Source: Octopus vulgaris
Taxonomy: Eukaryota
Assembly: GCA_951406725.2 (NCBI GenBank)
Contig: OX597816.1
Coordinates: forward strand, 2,294,001 to 2,358,000
Direction of reading: 5' to 3'
Length of the DNA stretch: 64,000 nt
The notes beneath the pieces are model-generated. The model saw only the letters and a list, made by a program, of their open reading frames with translations. It was not told the origin of the DNA and made no database searches. Positions within the stretch are counted from its first letter, which is position 1, and each line of letters begins with the position of its first letter. Below are positions 26,935 to 39,348 of this stretch, piece by piece. A program made the position numbers and the translations under genes.

Positions 26935-29900
26935 TTCATCATCATCATCATCATCATCGTTTAGCATCCGCTTTCCATGCTGGCATGGGTTTGACGCTTC
27001 AACTGGGGTCTGGGAAGCCAGGAGGCTGCACCAGGCCCAGTCTGATCTGGCAATGTTTCTACGGCTGGATGCCCTTCCTAACGCCAACCACTCCGTGAGT
27101 GTAGTGGGTGCTTTTTACGTTCCACCGGCACAGGTGCCAGGGGAGGCTGGCAAACGGCCCCACGATCGGACGGTTCTTTTTATGTGCCACCGGCACGAGG
27201 CCAGTCGGGGCGGCACTGGCAACGGCAACGTTCGGATGGTTCTCTTACGTACCACCGGCACTGGTATCACAGCTGCAATTTCCATTGATGTTGATCGATT
27301 TTGATTTTCACTTGCCTCAACAGGTCTTCACAAGTAGAGTTTTGTGTCCCAAGAAGGAACGGTATGCATAAGTGGACTGGCTACATCCCATGAAAAAGGT
27401 CACGGGTTATGGTCTCACTTGTCCTGCCGGGTCTTCTCATGCACAGCATACTTCCAAAGGTCTCGGTCTCCAGTCATTTCCTCGGTGAGACCTAAAGTTT
27501 GAAGGTTGTGCTTCACCACCTCATCCCAGGTTTTCCTTGGTCTGCCTCTTCCACAGGTTCCCTCAACCGCTAGGGTGTGGCACTTTTTCACGCAACTATC
27601 TTCATCCATTCTCACCACATGACCATACCAGCGCAAACGTCTCTCTTGCACACCACAACTGATGCTTCTTAGGTCCAGCTTTTCTCTCAAGGTACTTACA
27701 CTCTGTCAAGTATGAACACTGACATTACACATCCATCGGAGCATACTGGCTTCATTTCTTGCGAGCTTACACATATCCTCAGCAGTCACGGCCCATGTTT
27801 CACTGCCATGTAGCATGGCTGTTCGTACACACGCGTCATACAGTCTGCCTTTTACTCTGAGCGAGAGACCTTTTGTCACCAGCAGAGGTAAAAGCTCTCT
27901 GAACTTTGCCCAAGCTATTCTTACTCTAGCAGTTACACTTTCAGCACACCCACCCCTGCTACTGACTTGGTCACCTAGATAATGGAAGCTATCAATTATT
28001 TCTAGTTTTTCTCCCTGGAATGTGGCAGAAGTTGGTCTCAGAGCATTTTCAGTGTTTATTGCTCCTAAGCATCTGCCACATACAAAAACTATATTCCTAG
28101 TTAGCCTTCCTTTGACATTGCTGCACCTCTTATGTGTCCATAGCTTACACTTGGTGCATCTTATAGAGTTTCTACCTACGCCTTTTCTACAGATCGAGCA
28201 GGGCCATCTACCTGAAGGTGTTTGAGATTTGTCTACCTTCCTACTTATTAGGACTTTGGTTTTAGCTAGATTGACTCTAAGGCCCTTCAATTCTAATCCT
28301 TGCTTCCACACCTGAAACTTCTCCTTTAGTTCTGATAGTGATTCAGCAATTAGAGCAAGATCATCAGCATAGAGGAGCTCCAAGGGGCATCCTGTCTTGA
28401 ATTCCTCCGTTATTGCCTGGAGGACTATGATAAATAGGAGGGGGCTGAGGACTGAGCCTTGGTGGACCCCTACCTCTACATGGAATTCTTCACTGTACTC
28501 GTTGCCAACCCTCACCCTACTAGCGGCGTCCCTGTACATGGTTCACACAGCTCTCACTAACCATTCGTCTATCCCTAGTTTCCTCATTGACCACCAGATA
28601 AGGGATCGGGGGACCCTGTCGAAGGCTTTCTCCATGTCAACAAAAGCCAGGTACAGGGGCTTATCTTTAGCTAGGTATTTCTCCTACAGCTGCCTTACCA
28701 GGAATATAGCATCAGTGGTACTTTTCCCTGGCACAAACCCAAACTGCATCTCATCTAAACTAACTCTCTCTCTAATTAGTTGGGTTATGACCCTCTCCAT
28801 AACCTTCACTACCTGATCCAACAGCTTGATACCTCTGTAATTATTTGTATCTAGGGCGTCACCTTTACCTTTGTAGCAGTTGACTATTATGCTGCTACAC
28901 CAGTCATTGGGAATGACTCCTTCGTGTATCACCTTGTTAACTATACGGGTGACTAGGCTATAGCCGACACTACCAGATATTTTGAGCATCTCTGCAGTGA
29001 TTCCTGATGGGCCTGGGGCTTTCCCTGTCTTCATGCTTCTAATTGCCTTAACTATCAAGGAACTGTCAACTCGGATAGCTGGTCCCTCTGTTGGGTCAAC
29101 ATTCGGCAGACTCTCTTTATGCCATTCATTTTCTTTATTCAGCAACCTTTCATAGTGGCATCTCCAAACCTCTCTCTTTGCATCCTCATTTAGCGCAAGT
29201 GAACCATCATCCATGCGAACACATTTCTCTCCTACCACATTACAATTCTCTCCTACCACATTACAATTCTCTCCTACCACATTACAATTCTCTCTCACAC
29301 TCTGTCTTGCAACACGAAACAACTCAAGTCTTTGGTCCTCACGGCGCAAAACATTGGCAATTTTTTTCTTATCTGCTTCTCCTCTGGCTAAATAGACCTG
29401 TCTCCTAGCTTCCCTTTTGGCGGTCTGATACACTTCCCTGCTACTACCGTTCTTCCAGTCCTTCCAAGCCTGTTTCTTTTGTCTAATAGCCCTGTCTACA
29501 GCATTGTTCCACCACCATGTTATTTTGGGTCGAGTGGGGACTTTGCACCAGCCACAGATCTGGTCAGTGGCTCTCAGCAAGTTGTCCCTTAGAAACGTCC
29601 AGTTGTCTTCTACCCCATGTGAAGCTCTATCCCCTTCTACTTTGTCAAAGGCTTCAAGTAATATGTCCCTAAGTCTCTGTCCATTCGCAGGATCTTTAAG
29701 TTTCCAGATCCTTCTTCTCCATGTTGGTCGTCCTCTTAGTCCTGATCCTAAAGTCACTAACTACCAGTCTATGTTGCACAGTACATTCTTCGCCTGGGAA
29801 GGTTTTAGCATTTATAAGCAGCCATCTTTCTCTTTTCCTGGCAAGGATGTAGTCAATTTGGCCAGTATGTCGGCCTGATCAGTAGGTGACTAGGTAGCTG

Positions 29901-30000
29901 GTAGGTTTCCTGAAGTTAGTGTTGCAAACCATAAGATCATTTGCATCGCAGAACTCCAGCAGCTTGGTTCCCTCCTTGTTGCAGGAACCATAACCATAGC
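26935..30000 (-). mobile_element. 5'-truncated RTE-clade LINE (partial APE endonuclease, RT with PHD-type insert, 3' UTR, (GAT)n tail); inactive
   Basis: EN motifs NKEGTKLLEF, QIDYIL, QHRLV. RT motifs KAPGPSGI, NYRGIKLL, QFGFVPG, VDMEKAFD, QGSVLSPLLF, YADD, FHYLG. C-terminal RLRWYGHV and RGRPRKTW. Four in-frame stops and a frameshift near 29750; possible TSD AGCTTC (26932, 29998). Confidence 0.96.
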
Positions 30001-30504
30001 TTCCAATGCATTCAGTACTCTAGTATAAGTGACATTGGTGTTTTGTAGAAGATCGACAGCTATTTATATTCCTGAGGTTTGTGGCCTTAAAGAATAAACT
30101 TTAGGATGTCGTTTTGGTTATTGACTTGTTGTTACTGAAAAATAATATCAGAGATTATCAGGTTTGGTATTTGTAAAGTTTTTATAGTTTACTCAAGAAT
30201 TTGATAGGTGTAGTGGTCTGGTTGTTTCCTTGATATGGGTGGTTACTACATCAAGATGTCGTTAAATGAAACTTGGTATCTCATTGAAGGGTGTCTTTAG
30301 AAGAGATCTCCGTTTAAAAGAAGTGATGCATTTTTCGTCTTGGAAATCAAAAAATTCTAGTCTTGATTGCCACTAGAGTACATTATTACTATAGCATCTC
30401 TAATGAAATCATCTTGAATCTATGGAACAGAAAGCATTAGAATCCAATATTCCTTACAGAAAAGATTTTCAGTTAAAGTTACAATGAGAAATTGTTATAT
30501 GTGC

Positions 30505-30540
<36 letters not shown>

Positions 30541-31047
30541 TATTTCCTGTTTGAGGTTTGGTTTACTACATTTTTTGTTTTGGGGCAAAAAGATTATTTT
30601 AATAGAATGTTAGTTAATTTATTCCTTTTGAGGGTTGTGTGTGTCAGAAATGTGGCAGTATAGCAGAAGGATTGTTGACAATATGATTCACTTGGGTTTT
30701 TTTTTTAGAAAAATTGAAATATAAGGCTCTGAATAAATTTAGCAATAAGAGCCATTGTGTGAGATTTCCTCAAGACAGCTAATTTCATTGGCTTGGACAT
30801 TTCATGTAGTCTTATTTAGTGATTGATTGGTAATCAGGGATTAATCAAATATCAAATAAAAATTGCTTGGAATTACTTAAAGATGTACTTATAATCCCAA
30901 GAATTTATGAAGGACAAAATGTATCAGGAAAATGCTTACTCTAATTTTATCCAATGAGGATGGCGAATTCTGGACAAAGGATTACTAAATTTGATAACTT
31001 TGACTCATTAAAGATACTGCAGCTGTAAGCAAACAAAAAATATTGGC

Positions 31048-31555
31048 GGTTGATACCAGTGCTCCCCCACTGGTTGCCATGCCGGTGGCACATAAAAGGC
31101 ACCATCCGAATGTGGTCAATGCCAGTACCCCCCACTGGCTGCCATGCCGGTGGCACATAAAAGGCACCATCCAAATGTGGTCAATGCCAGTACCCCTCAC
31201 TGGCTCCCATGCCGGTGGCACATAAAAGGCACCATCCGAATGTGGTCAATGCCAGTACCCCCCACTGGCTGCCATGCCGGTGGCATGTAAAAGGTGCCAT
31301 CCAAATGTGGTCATTGCCAGTGCTCCCTGACTGGCTCCCATGCTGGTGGCACGTAAAAAGCGCCATCTGAACGTGGTCGATGCCAGTGCCGCCTGTCTGG
31401 CTCCTGTGTCAGTGGCACATTCTTGGAGTGGTTGGTGTTAGAAAGGGCATTCAGCTGTAGAAACCTTACCAAATGAGATTGGAGCATGGTGCAGCCTTCT
31501 GGCTTGCTAGTCCTCAGTCAAACCATCCAAAGTGCATTTTGAACGATGATGATGA
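31048..31555 (+). mobile_element. RTE 3' end with 65-bp tandem array (different unit variant)
   Basis: ACCATCC/GCCATC recurs at 31101, 31166, 31231, 31296 and ~31362; diverged terminus and GAT tail. Confidence 0.88.
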
Positions 31556-31879
31556 AAACAGTATACAGTTCTAACTTCTAAACATTGGTTTCCATTTAAC
31601 AGTGTAAGAGTTGAGTGCTCTCTAGCCACTAAGTTTATTAATGTAATTTTTTCCTATTCAACAATTTTCAGGATATCATTAATATGAGCAATATATAAAT
31701 CTTGAGATATTTTGGGGTTTGTTGCATTTGAAAGTCTTAATATAAAAAAAAAAGAAAAACATTCTACAAATTCACCAAACTCAAAACAAATTCAAAACAC
31801 TAATTGAAAATAATAATAAAAAACTACATATATATTCAATTGGTGTCAAAAAAATTTCACTCAGTAGTTTAATTTTCTT

Positions 31880-32053
31880 AATATTTTCCAAAGATTTTTG
31901 TTGAGGAAATATTTCTGCTAAAACCTATTGCCTGTGTTGCAATCAATTTTTAAAATAATGAAGTTGACGGAAGATTTTTATTTAAATAATTTCAAAACAG
32001 TCAGTTTGTGTAATAGAACTAGAGGCAATCTCTGGTGGGTTGGTATCAAAGGG
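31880..32053. mobile_element. piggyBac-type MITE family B (internally deleted)
   Basis: Ends gggttggtatcaaaggg; homologous to 46441-46658. Confidence 0.55.
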
Positions 32054-32968
32054 ATTAAATAAAAGTAGATTAGTAGTTTTGCATGATGCAACCATTGTAT
32101 AGGAAAGCAGGAAGAAAAAACAATAATAATTTTGAAAAAAAAAACAAAACAAAAAAAACGGGCAAATAGGGAACTGGCTGGATGAGGTAATCAATTATGT
32201 ACTTTGTTAGATTATACAAATATCAAGAAATATTTTTAAGTCTAAATTATATTTTGGGAAGTTTGTTTAGTCTAATGAAACAGAGGAGAACAAACAAGCA
32301 AGACCATATTTTTTTTACGATGAAAAGCTAAAGAATGATGAAAAAATTCCTTGAAAGTAGTAAACCTTTAGACACCTTCACTATATGTTGTTTAGGCAGT
32401 TATTGAACAGGTGAGATCAGTGAAATAATGTTTCATGAATACACGTCTTCTGCCTTGTTTCTCTTTCTTTATCTTAATACTTGTTGAGTTGAGATATCAA
32501 CAGCCATGTAACGTTAGCCCCCTATTCACTTTAAGCTTTGACCTCTAAACGTAGCCATATGTTTTCCATGTTGTTCAGTTCTCTTTCAGTTCTCTTTCGT
32601 TGGTTTATATCTGAAGGCTTACGAGTTCTGCTTTCAATTATCCAACTACGTGAATGTATTCTCTGATCAGGATCACTTGTAAGCTCTGTCTGTCTGTGTG
32701 TGTGTGTGCGCGCGCATCAAATCTAATCCAAAACGTTATAAAATGTCATACTTCAATTCCTATAATATCTTTCTCTTGTAGATACTGAATGAGCTCACCG
32801 TTTGCCCTTCTGTACAGTTTTCATATATTTGAGTTTGACGTCTCTATTTTCTGATATGATCTTTCAGTCTCTTTTATTATATATTCCCTTTCATGGACCA
32901 AACTTTTCTAAACTAGTGGAATTTTAGCTGTAGCCACTTCTATTTTTCTATGATTTACAACAGTTATA

Positions 32969-33139
32969 GGCGCAGGAGTGGCTGTGTGGTAAGTAGCTTG
33001 CTAACCAACCACATGGTTCCGGGTTCAGTCCCACTGTGTAGCATCTTGGGCAAGTGTCTTCTGCTATAGCCCTGGGCCGACCAATGCCTTGTGAGTGGAT
33101 TTGGTAGATGGAAACTGAAAGAAGCCTGTCGTATATATG

Positions 33140-33170
<31 letters not shown>

Positions 33171-33383
33171 TTGTTTGTGTGTCTGTGTTTGTCCCCCTAG
33201 CATTGCTTGACAACCGATGCTGGTGTGTTTACGTCCTCGTCACTTAGCGGTTCGGCAAAAGAGACCGATAGAATAAGTACTGGGCTTACAAAGAATAAGT
33301 CCCGGGGTCGATTTGCTCGACTAAAGGCGGTGCTCCAGCATATCCGCAGTCAAATGACTGAAACAAGTAAAAGAGTAAAGAGA
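32969..33383 (+). mobile_element. Full-length tRNA-derived SINE with internal (TA)/(TG) microsatellite and AAAGAGT tail
   Basis: A box tggctgtgtggt, B box ggttcagtccc, cttgggcaagtgtctt body and repeated tail; near-identical reverse copy at 50404-52108. Confidence 0.9.
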
Positions 33384-34199
33384 GTAGAGTTGCTTTCAGA
33401 AAATGAATTAAATTCTTTGAAAATAATAAATTTGGCCTCAGTTTTTAATTCATGGGTTGGGCAACACAGTGACAAGTTCAAATCAAGATTAGTGCAGTTA
33501 TATTTGCAATGGACATAAAATGTTTAAGAATAAATTAGAGCTGAGAGGCCCAGAAGCCATAAATTTTTAGCAAGTTAGTAAAACAAAAACTATTATTAAA
33601 AAGTTGTACAAAGCAAAAAGGTTACAGCTGTGACCATCCCACCATGGTGCCTCTAGGCTTACATTTTCTTATTTAGTCTTTGTTGAAGACAATAATAAGG
33701 GAGATTTAGTTGTTATTTTCAGCCTGATGAAGGATTTCCAGCATGGATGTTCCGACATAGTTTCGTGACTTCATGTGTTGGGTTGTAAAGAAGTGAGAAA
33801 TGTAGGTTAATGGATCTTAGAAGACTATTAAGGTATGAAAGTTGTGCCATGTTGAGTGATTTATAGGTTAAGAGGTGTTTCTGTGAAGGGAGGTTTCTGG
33901 AATTATTGCCTCAGTGAGAAACACTTTGAATGTAATAAATGTTATTGTGGATGGTACTGATGTATGTTCACCGAAAATAAAGTTTTTCCAGTAAATAAAA
34001 GGTAGGGAATTTAATAATTGAATATGATATCCTGCTCAGTATGTGAAAGAGGATGAGTGTCTGAGTTTAGAATTTGAATTAACAGAAAAACTTCTTTGAT
34101 TGTAAAATAAGAATTTTTAGAACAATGTTTCCCCTTCCCTAAAAAGGTATGCCCCACCTTGAACACACAGTTTATAACATATCATATATACATACATAC

Positions 34200-34520
34200 A
34201 TATATAATTGATAACCAAAAGGAGAGTGGAAATTTATTCACATCCAAAATTTTTTTTTATTAAAAAGTTCTCTACAGCCTATATATAACAACGACCAACA
34301 TATGTTTCTACTGCACCAACTGCACATTGCTCTGTATGCAATTTCATCAAGGGTCCATCACTTACAACGTTATAAAAATGAACTGATTCAAACAAGCTTC
34401 CTGTGTTGGTATTCAGTTGAAGGTGAAAGTGTTACTTTCTAAATCCAATGGAATTCTGCTCTAATAATCTACTCGGATTACAGTTAAAGCGTAATTTTAG
34501 AAAGTTTGTTCATATTACAA
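34200..34520 (-). mobile_element. Penelope-like element 3' end (GIY-YIG C-terminus relic plus pseudo-LTR)
   Basis: Minus strand reads RAEFHWI*K-VTLSP..LN (cf. E..WI..L.T..P.GLN), then a hammerhead motif, AATAAA and TA-rich flank. Confidence 0.65.
34293..34355 (-). ncRNA. Type I hammerhead ribozyme motif (1-nt core insertion)
   Basis: gacc-C(T)TGATGA-a.attgca...tgcagt.a-GAAAC-atat-GTT-ggtc. Stem I is gacc/ggtc and stem III is the palindrome aacatatgtt. Confidence 0.65.
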
Positions 34521-34995
34521 TTAATTGTAGCAGTTTTGTTTACATTTTACTGTATGAAATACATTATTTATTCAGAGGTATTTCACTTATTTTGGGTTTA
34601 TACCCTCAATATTATTGTTATTAGTATTATTATAATTATGTGTGTGTGTGTGTGTGTGTGTGTATTTTCCCACCACTACCTTTGGACTACCGTTGCTGGT
34701 TTGTTTATATCCCAGTAACCTAGCAGTCTGGCAAAAGAGACTGGTGAAGTAGGTTTTAGACTTAAAAAAAAACAACAACTAACCACTGGGTCAATTTGTT
34801 TGGTTAAGTCAGTGCCCCAGCATGGTCACAGTCCAGTGACTGAAAAAGGTAAAAGATAATCTTCAAAAAGAGTTTTGGTTAAAGTTTATTGCAAGTTTTA
34901 TTTACTTGTTATTTACTCTTCCCCAAATCTCAAATAAAATATTCTTGAACCTTATTGGGTAGGGGGCCTACACCCCACCTTGAGAAAAACTGGTA

Positions 34996-35214
34996 TATAC
35001 TTTTCTACTTTAGGCACAAGGCCTGAAATTTTTGGGGAAGGGGGCCAATCAATTAGATCAACCCTAGTATGCAACTGGTACTTAATTTATCAACCCCGAA
35101 AGGATGAAAGGCAAAGTCAACTTTGGTGGAATTTGAACTCAGAACGTAAAGACAGATGAAATTCTGTGAAGCATTTCGCCCGGTGTGCTAACGTTTCGGC
35201 CAGCTTGCCACCTT
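34996..35214 (-). mobile_element. Meta-like tRNA SINE with 12-bp TSD
   Basis: GAAAAACTGGTA at 34984-34995 and 35215-35226; B box gagttcaaattcc on the minus strand. Confidence 0.88.
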
Positions 35215-37918
35215 GAAAAACTGGTAGATATGATAAAGGGTGAGAGAGGCTGTGGAAGACTAAAGCTTAAAGATAATTTGAGATTTTAGAAGATGAAAAT
35301 AACATGACATTTGTGTTGAAAGACACATATTTACACGTAAATAATAAAATGAAATATTCAGGAAAGGATTTATCCTTAGTCTTTTGCTTGATACAGATTG
35401 TCATTTTAATTATGCCAGAACACACATTATTATTATTGTGGCATCGTTGTGTCATGAAACCAATAAAGGTGGTTTTTCTAACAGCTATATTTCATGTTTC
35501 AAACCAATTCTTTTCCTAGCTGCCAACTACAATTGTAGAGTTTTATTTATTTTAGTTTCAAATAGAAGCTTTATTGGAAACAATGTATTTTTGTATTTTC
35601 CTTCTGACATTTCTGTGTTACTCCTCCTAGAAAACCAAGTAATAAAAGCTGTCTGTGTGTCTCTCTGTTTAGTCACTTTTCTGCATGAATTAAACATTCA
35701 TTAGCATTAGAGAATCATTCTTCTTTTTCTACAACTAAAGATTATTTGTAGATTTGGGCTGTGTGGAAGAAAACCTTCACTTGTTTTCTTTGCAACAAAA
35801 CCTTATTCAATCCTTGAAATTCTGTATCTTGGGAAATAGTAAAGTTTCATAAATATTTTCTCTGCTAAATTGAAAAGCAAGAAAACTATCAAATAAATTC
35901 AAATTAGTGAGTTACATTTTTATACATAAGAACAGCTTTTTCCAAAAACTTGTTTCATTAAAAACCTGACTGTCTGCAAGTTTTATCTTTTTTGTTTTAA
36001 ATTTTTCACATTTTCTTGTTTTTTTTTTGGTGGTGGGGGGGTCTACAGCTCTACAGCTCCTTTAGAACAATAAAAGTCCCTAAATTCATATTAGACATGT
36101 CGTCTCATTTTCAAGAATTTAGTAGATTTTGTGTTATGTTATTTCTTAAATACTTATTTGAAATCTTCAAGACTTATTTTCTACCAAAGTTTTTATTTTT
36201 TTATTTTTTATAATTCCATTAATCTTCCTTGTCTGCAGTTTTATGTTGATTTCTTTTGCTGTGGTCAGATTTTTAGACTGTTAGGTTTTCATTCTAGTGG
36301 CCACATGTGGTGGTGATATTGATGATGATGATGAATCTGTTTAATATTTTATCTTATGTGTGTGAGGTAATTTTTGGAAATTCAGAGCATATATTGCTTT
36401 CTTTCTTCGGCTGTACACTGATATTTTGTGTCAGTTACAAGCAGAATTATTTGATGCAACTCCCGTACATTATTTGTACAGATGTTATCTATTCCAGGGG
36501 ATATAATGTTAAAGTGGTCCCAACTGAATTTCAGCTCAGAACCCTGAGGCACTAAACAAGATAGAGTGAAGTATTAAATTTTGGTTTACCATGTCGGCCA
36601 GCACACCTGTCCCAAATTCTGAAGAATATATTAACTCCAATTACTTCGTTTTTCACTTTGATTTCCAACAAACACACCTCATTATTCCTGTTCAACTAAC
36701 TCATTCTCTATAGTTTAATCTCCAGACACTCTCTGACTCAGGTTTCTCTTTTAATTATCACTCGGAGATTATTCATTTTCCATCATAACTTTGTATCACA
36801 GCAGTCTCTCTTAGATTAACATGACATATTCAGCAGCCGATACCCATCTTGTTTCTTTCCAGATGTTACCAGCACTCTACTTTTATTGCAAAGGCCCCAG
36901 TTACATCATATCATACTCCTAATTTTTCTCTTTTCTGCCAAATACATTTGTAGATACAAAAAAAAAAAACATAAAAATTTTAGAATTGCCGAAATTCTTA
37001 CCTGATTATGATGCAAAGAAACTTCACTATTTCTATTTGTTTCATGTCTTTGAGATTACACTATCATTGGCTCTACCTCCTACATTAATCTTTATTATTT
37101 TTCTATTTAAAGGTGTTACCTGTCTTCTGTGTATATATGTCACATGCTATCATATTTACCTGTTGACTGCTATTAGAGTTTCCTAAAGTACTTTTAAACA
37201 CTTAGACAACACACACACACACACACACACATCTTTTCTATATTTATGAACCCACTACAGGTATTGATTACAAAAGTTTCCTTCTTTTTTAATCGTTATC
37301 GTTACCATTTTTTTGGTTCCTGGTCTGGGTTTTTGTAAATTGTTGTCATTAACAATCAATCACCTGAAACTATTACATACGTCTATGCTGTACTCGAGAA
37401 GACCCACTGACCACAGCAGAATCCTAAACCCCCAAGGTGTCCTGTTAAAAGCATTGGTGTGGGTGATGGTGCTATATATATAAGGCACCCAACATACCCT
37501 GCAGAGTGGTTGGCATTAGGAAGGTCATCCAACCAAGTCAAAACAGACTATGGAACCTGTTGTAGCCCCTGGCATTACCAGTTCCTGTCAAGTCATACAA
37601 CCTATGCCAGCATGAAAAATAGACATTAAATGATGATGATGATGATATAGATGCTGGTATGGCTTCTGAAGTGCCAAGTTTTGGGCTCAGTCTCAGTGCA
37701 CAGCATCTTGGACAAGTGTCTTCTATTATAACTCTGGACTGAATAATGCCCTCTCAGTGAATTTCGTAGTCAGAAATTCAAAGCCTATTTCATACTTGCT
37801 TGTGTGTGTGTGTGTGTGTGTGTGTGTACATATTTGTCTGACTGTTTACATTTCACTTTTAGCATGAAAACAAAACCAAACAAAAAAAACACTAAGCTAC
37901 AAATAGTGTTGTTTGTCA

Positions 37919-37978
37919 AAAAACCCTTGCCAAAAACCCTTGCCAAAAACCCTTGCCAAAAACCCTTGCCAAAAACCC
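37919..37978. repeat. 13-bp minisatellite (AAAAACCCTTGCC)x4.6
   Basis: TTGCC at 37927, 37940, 37953 and 37966. Confidence 0.95.
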
Positions 37979-39127
37979 ATCCACTATCTTTCCATTTTTG
38001 AAGTAGAATGGAAAGTTCCTGATTTGAAAACAGGTAAGGGTTAGCAACAGGAAGGGCATCCACGTGTAACAATGCCTCAATAATTTGTGTCTAATCCACA
38101 CTAGCTTAGAAAAACAAACATAAAATTAATGAACAAATGATATTAATTCCAGAAACCTACTTCATATTAGAATTTTCCTTTTGATCTATTGAAATGAATT
38201 TTATAAAGCTCAAATTCCATTCTTATTACTTAGATAACGATTAACATTTCTTTTTTAAAAATTTTAGAACTGATTTCTGCAATTTCATACTTGAACATTA
38301 TAGCACTATAAAATGGGTAACACAACATTAAAAGGCTGATATTTCTGTTTTCCTCTCACTTTGTAAGAGAAGCATCTGGATTTTAATAACTTTGCCAGTG
38401 GAAAAACTTTTGTTTCATTTCCTGACATAGTATTTTCACTTCTTATAGTTTTAAACTTTCTCCCCCACTGGCAGATTATATTGGTCTTTATATTCTCCAG
38501 TTTCACTTCATTTTTTTTATAGTAATATTTCTTCTCTCTTGATGATGATACTTTGAAAAAAAGATTGTGTTGCAGTAGGAATAAGTTTCCTCTTTTCTCT
38601 ATTCCCCTTCAAGGCAATAAGATCAGAGCTGAGAAAAGCGGCTCCCATCATACTTACATCCTGCTGTCATTTATTACAACAAACAGCCGCACACTGTAAA
38701 TATTAGGGTTCTGGAAAGAAATAAAGCCAAGGAACCCACACACAGAGGAAGCTGATTATGTTTATTTTGCTGAAACACAAGATACACTTGCTGTAGTTTA
38801 AGGTATTAGATAACTGTCGGCATCTTCATAGGAATCATTTATCAAAAGACATCCAAATCTATGATTTTGGAGCTCAATTAAAAGAAAAACCCAAGAAAAA
38901 TTGTGGTATTAATGAATATATGAATATTTCTGAAGGCCGAAAATTAAAAATGAAATTATTTTTTTTACATTTGGTTATAGATCAATTTCAAGTTTTTCTG
39001 ATGTCTTTCTTATGAAATTCTCCGATAGAGAATCCTGTAAATTGCTATGTACAAAGTGACTTCCAAATTGACTTTTATAGTGAAATTCAGGTATAGGGTG
39101 TTTCAGCTAAATTTTATTATTTTTGTC

Positions 39128-39264
39128 GGGGCATCCAGCTGTAGAAACTCTGCCAGATCAGACTGGAGCCTGGAGCAGCCCCTGGCTTCCCAGACCCCGG
39201 TCGAACCATCCAACCCGTGCTAGCGCGGAAAACGGACGTTAGACGATGATGATGATGATGATGA
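39128..39264 (+). mobile_element. RTE 3' terminal fragment (variant stem)
   Basis: Conserved terminus with ccgtgctagcgcgg in place of ccatgctagcatgg; (GAT)n tail. Confidence 0.9.
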
Positions 39265-39348
39265 TTGTCTCCTTTTCTCAGTGAAAACAGTCAACAGTGT
39301 TGGAGAGCATAAAGACTAAAGTCATAGTTGAATAAAGAATTAGCTGAT

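Noticed and set aside
32969-33045. tRNA gene
   Set aside because: A and B boxes are present, but there is no cloverleaf and it continues into a multi-copy SINE body.
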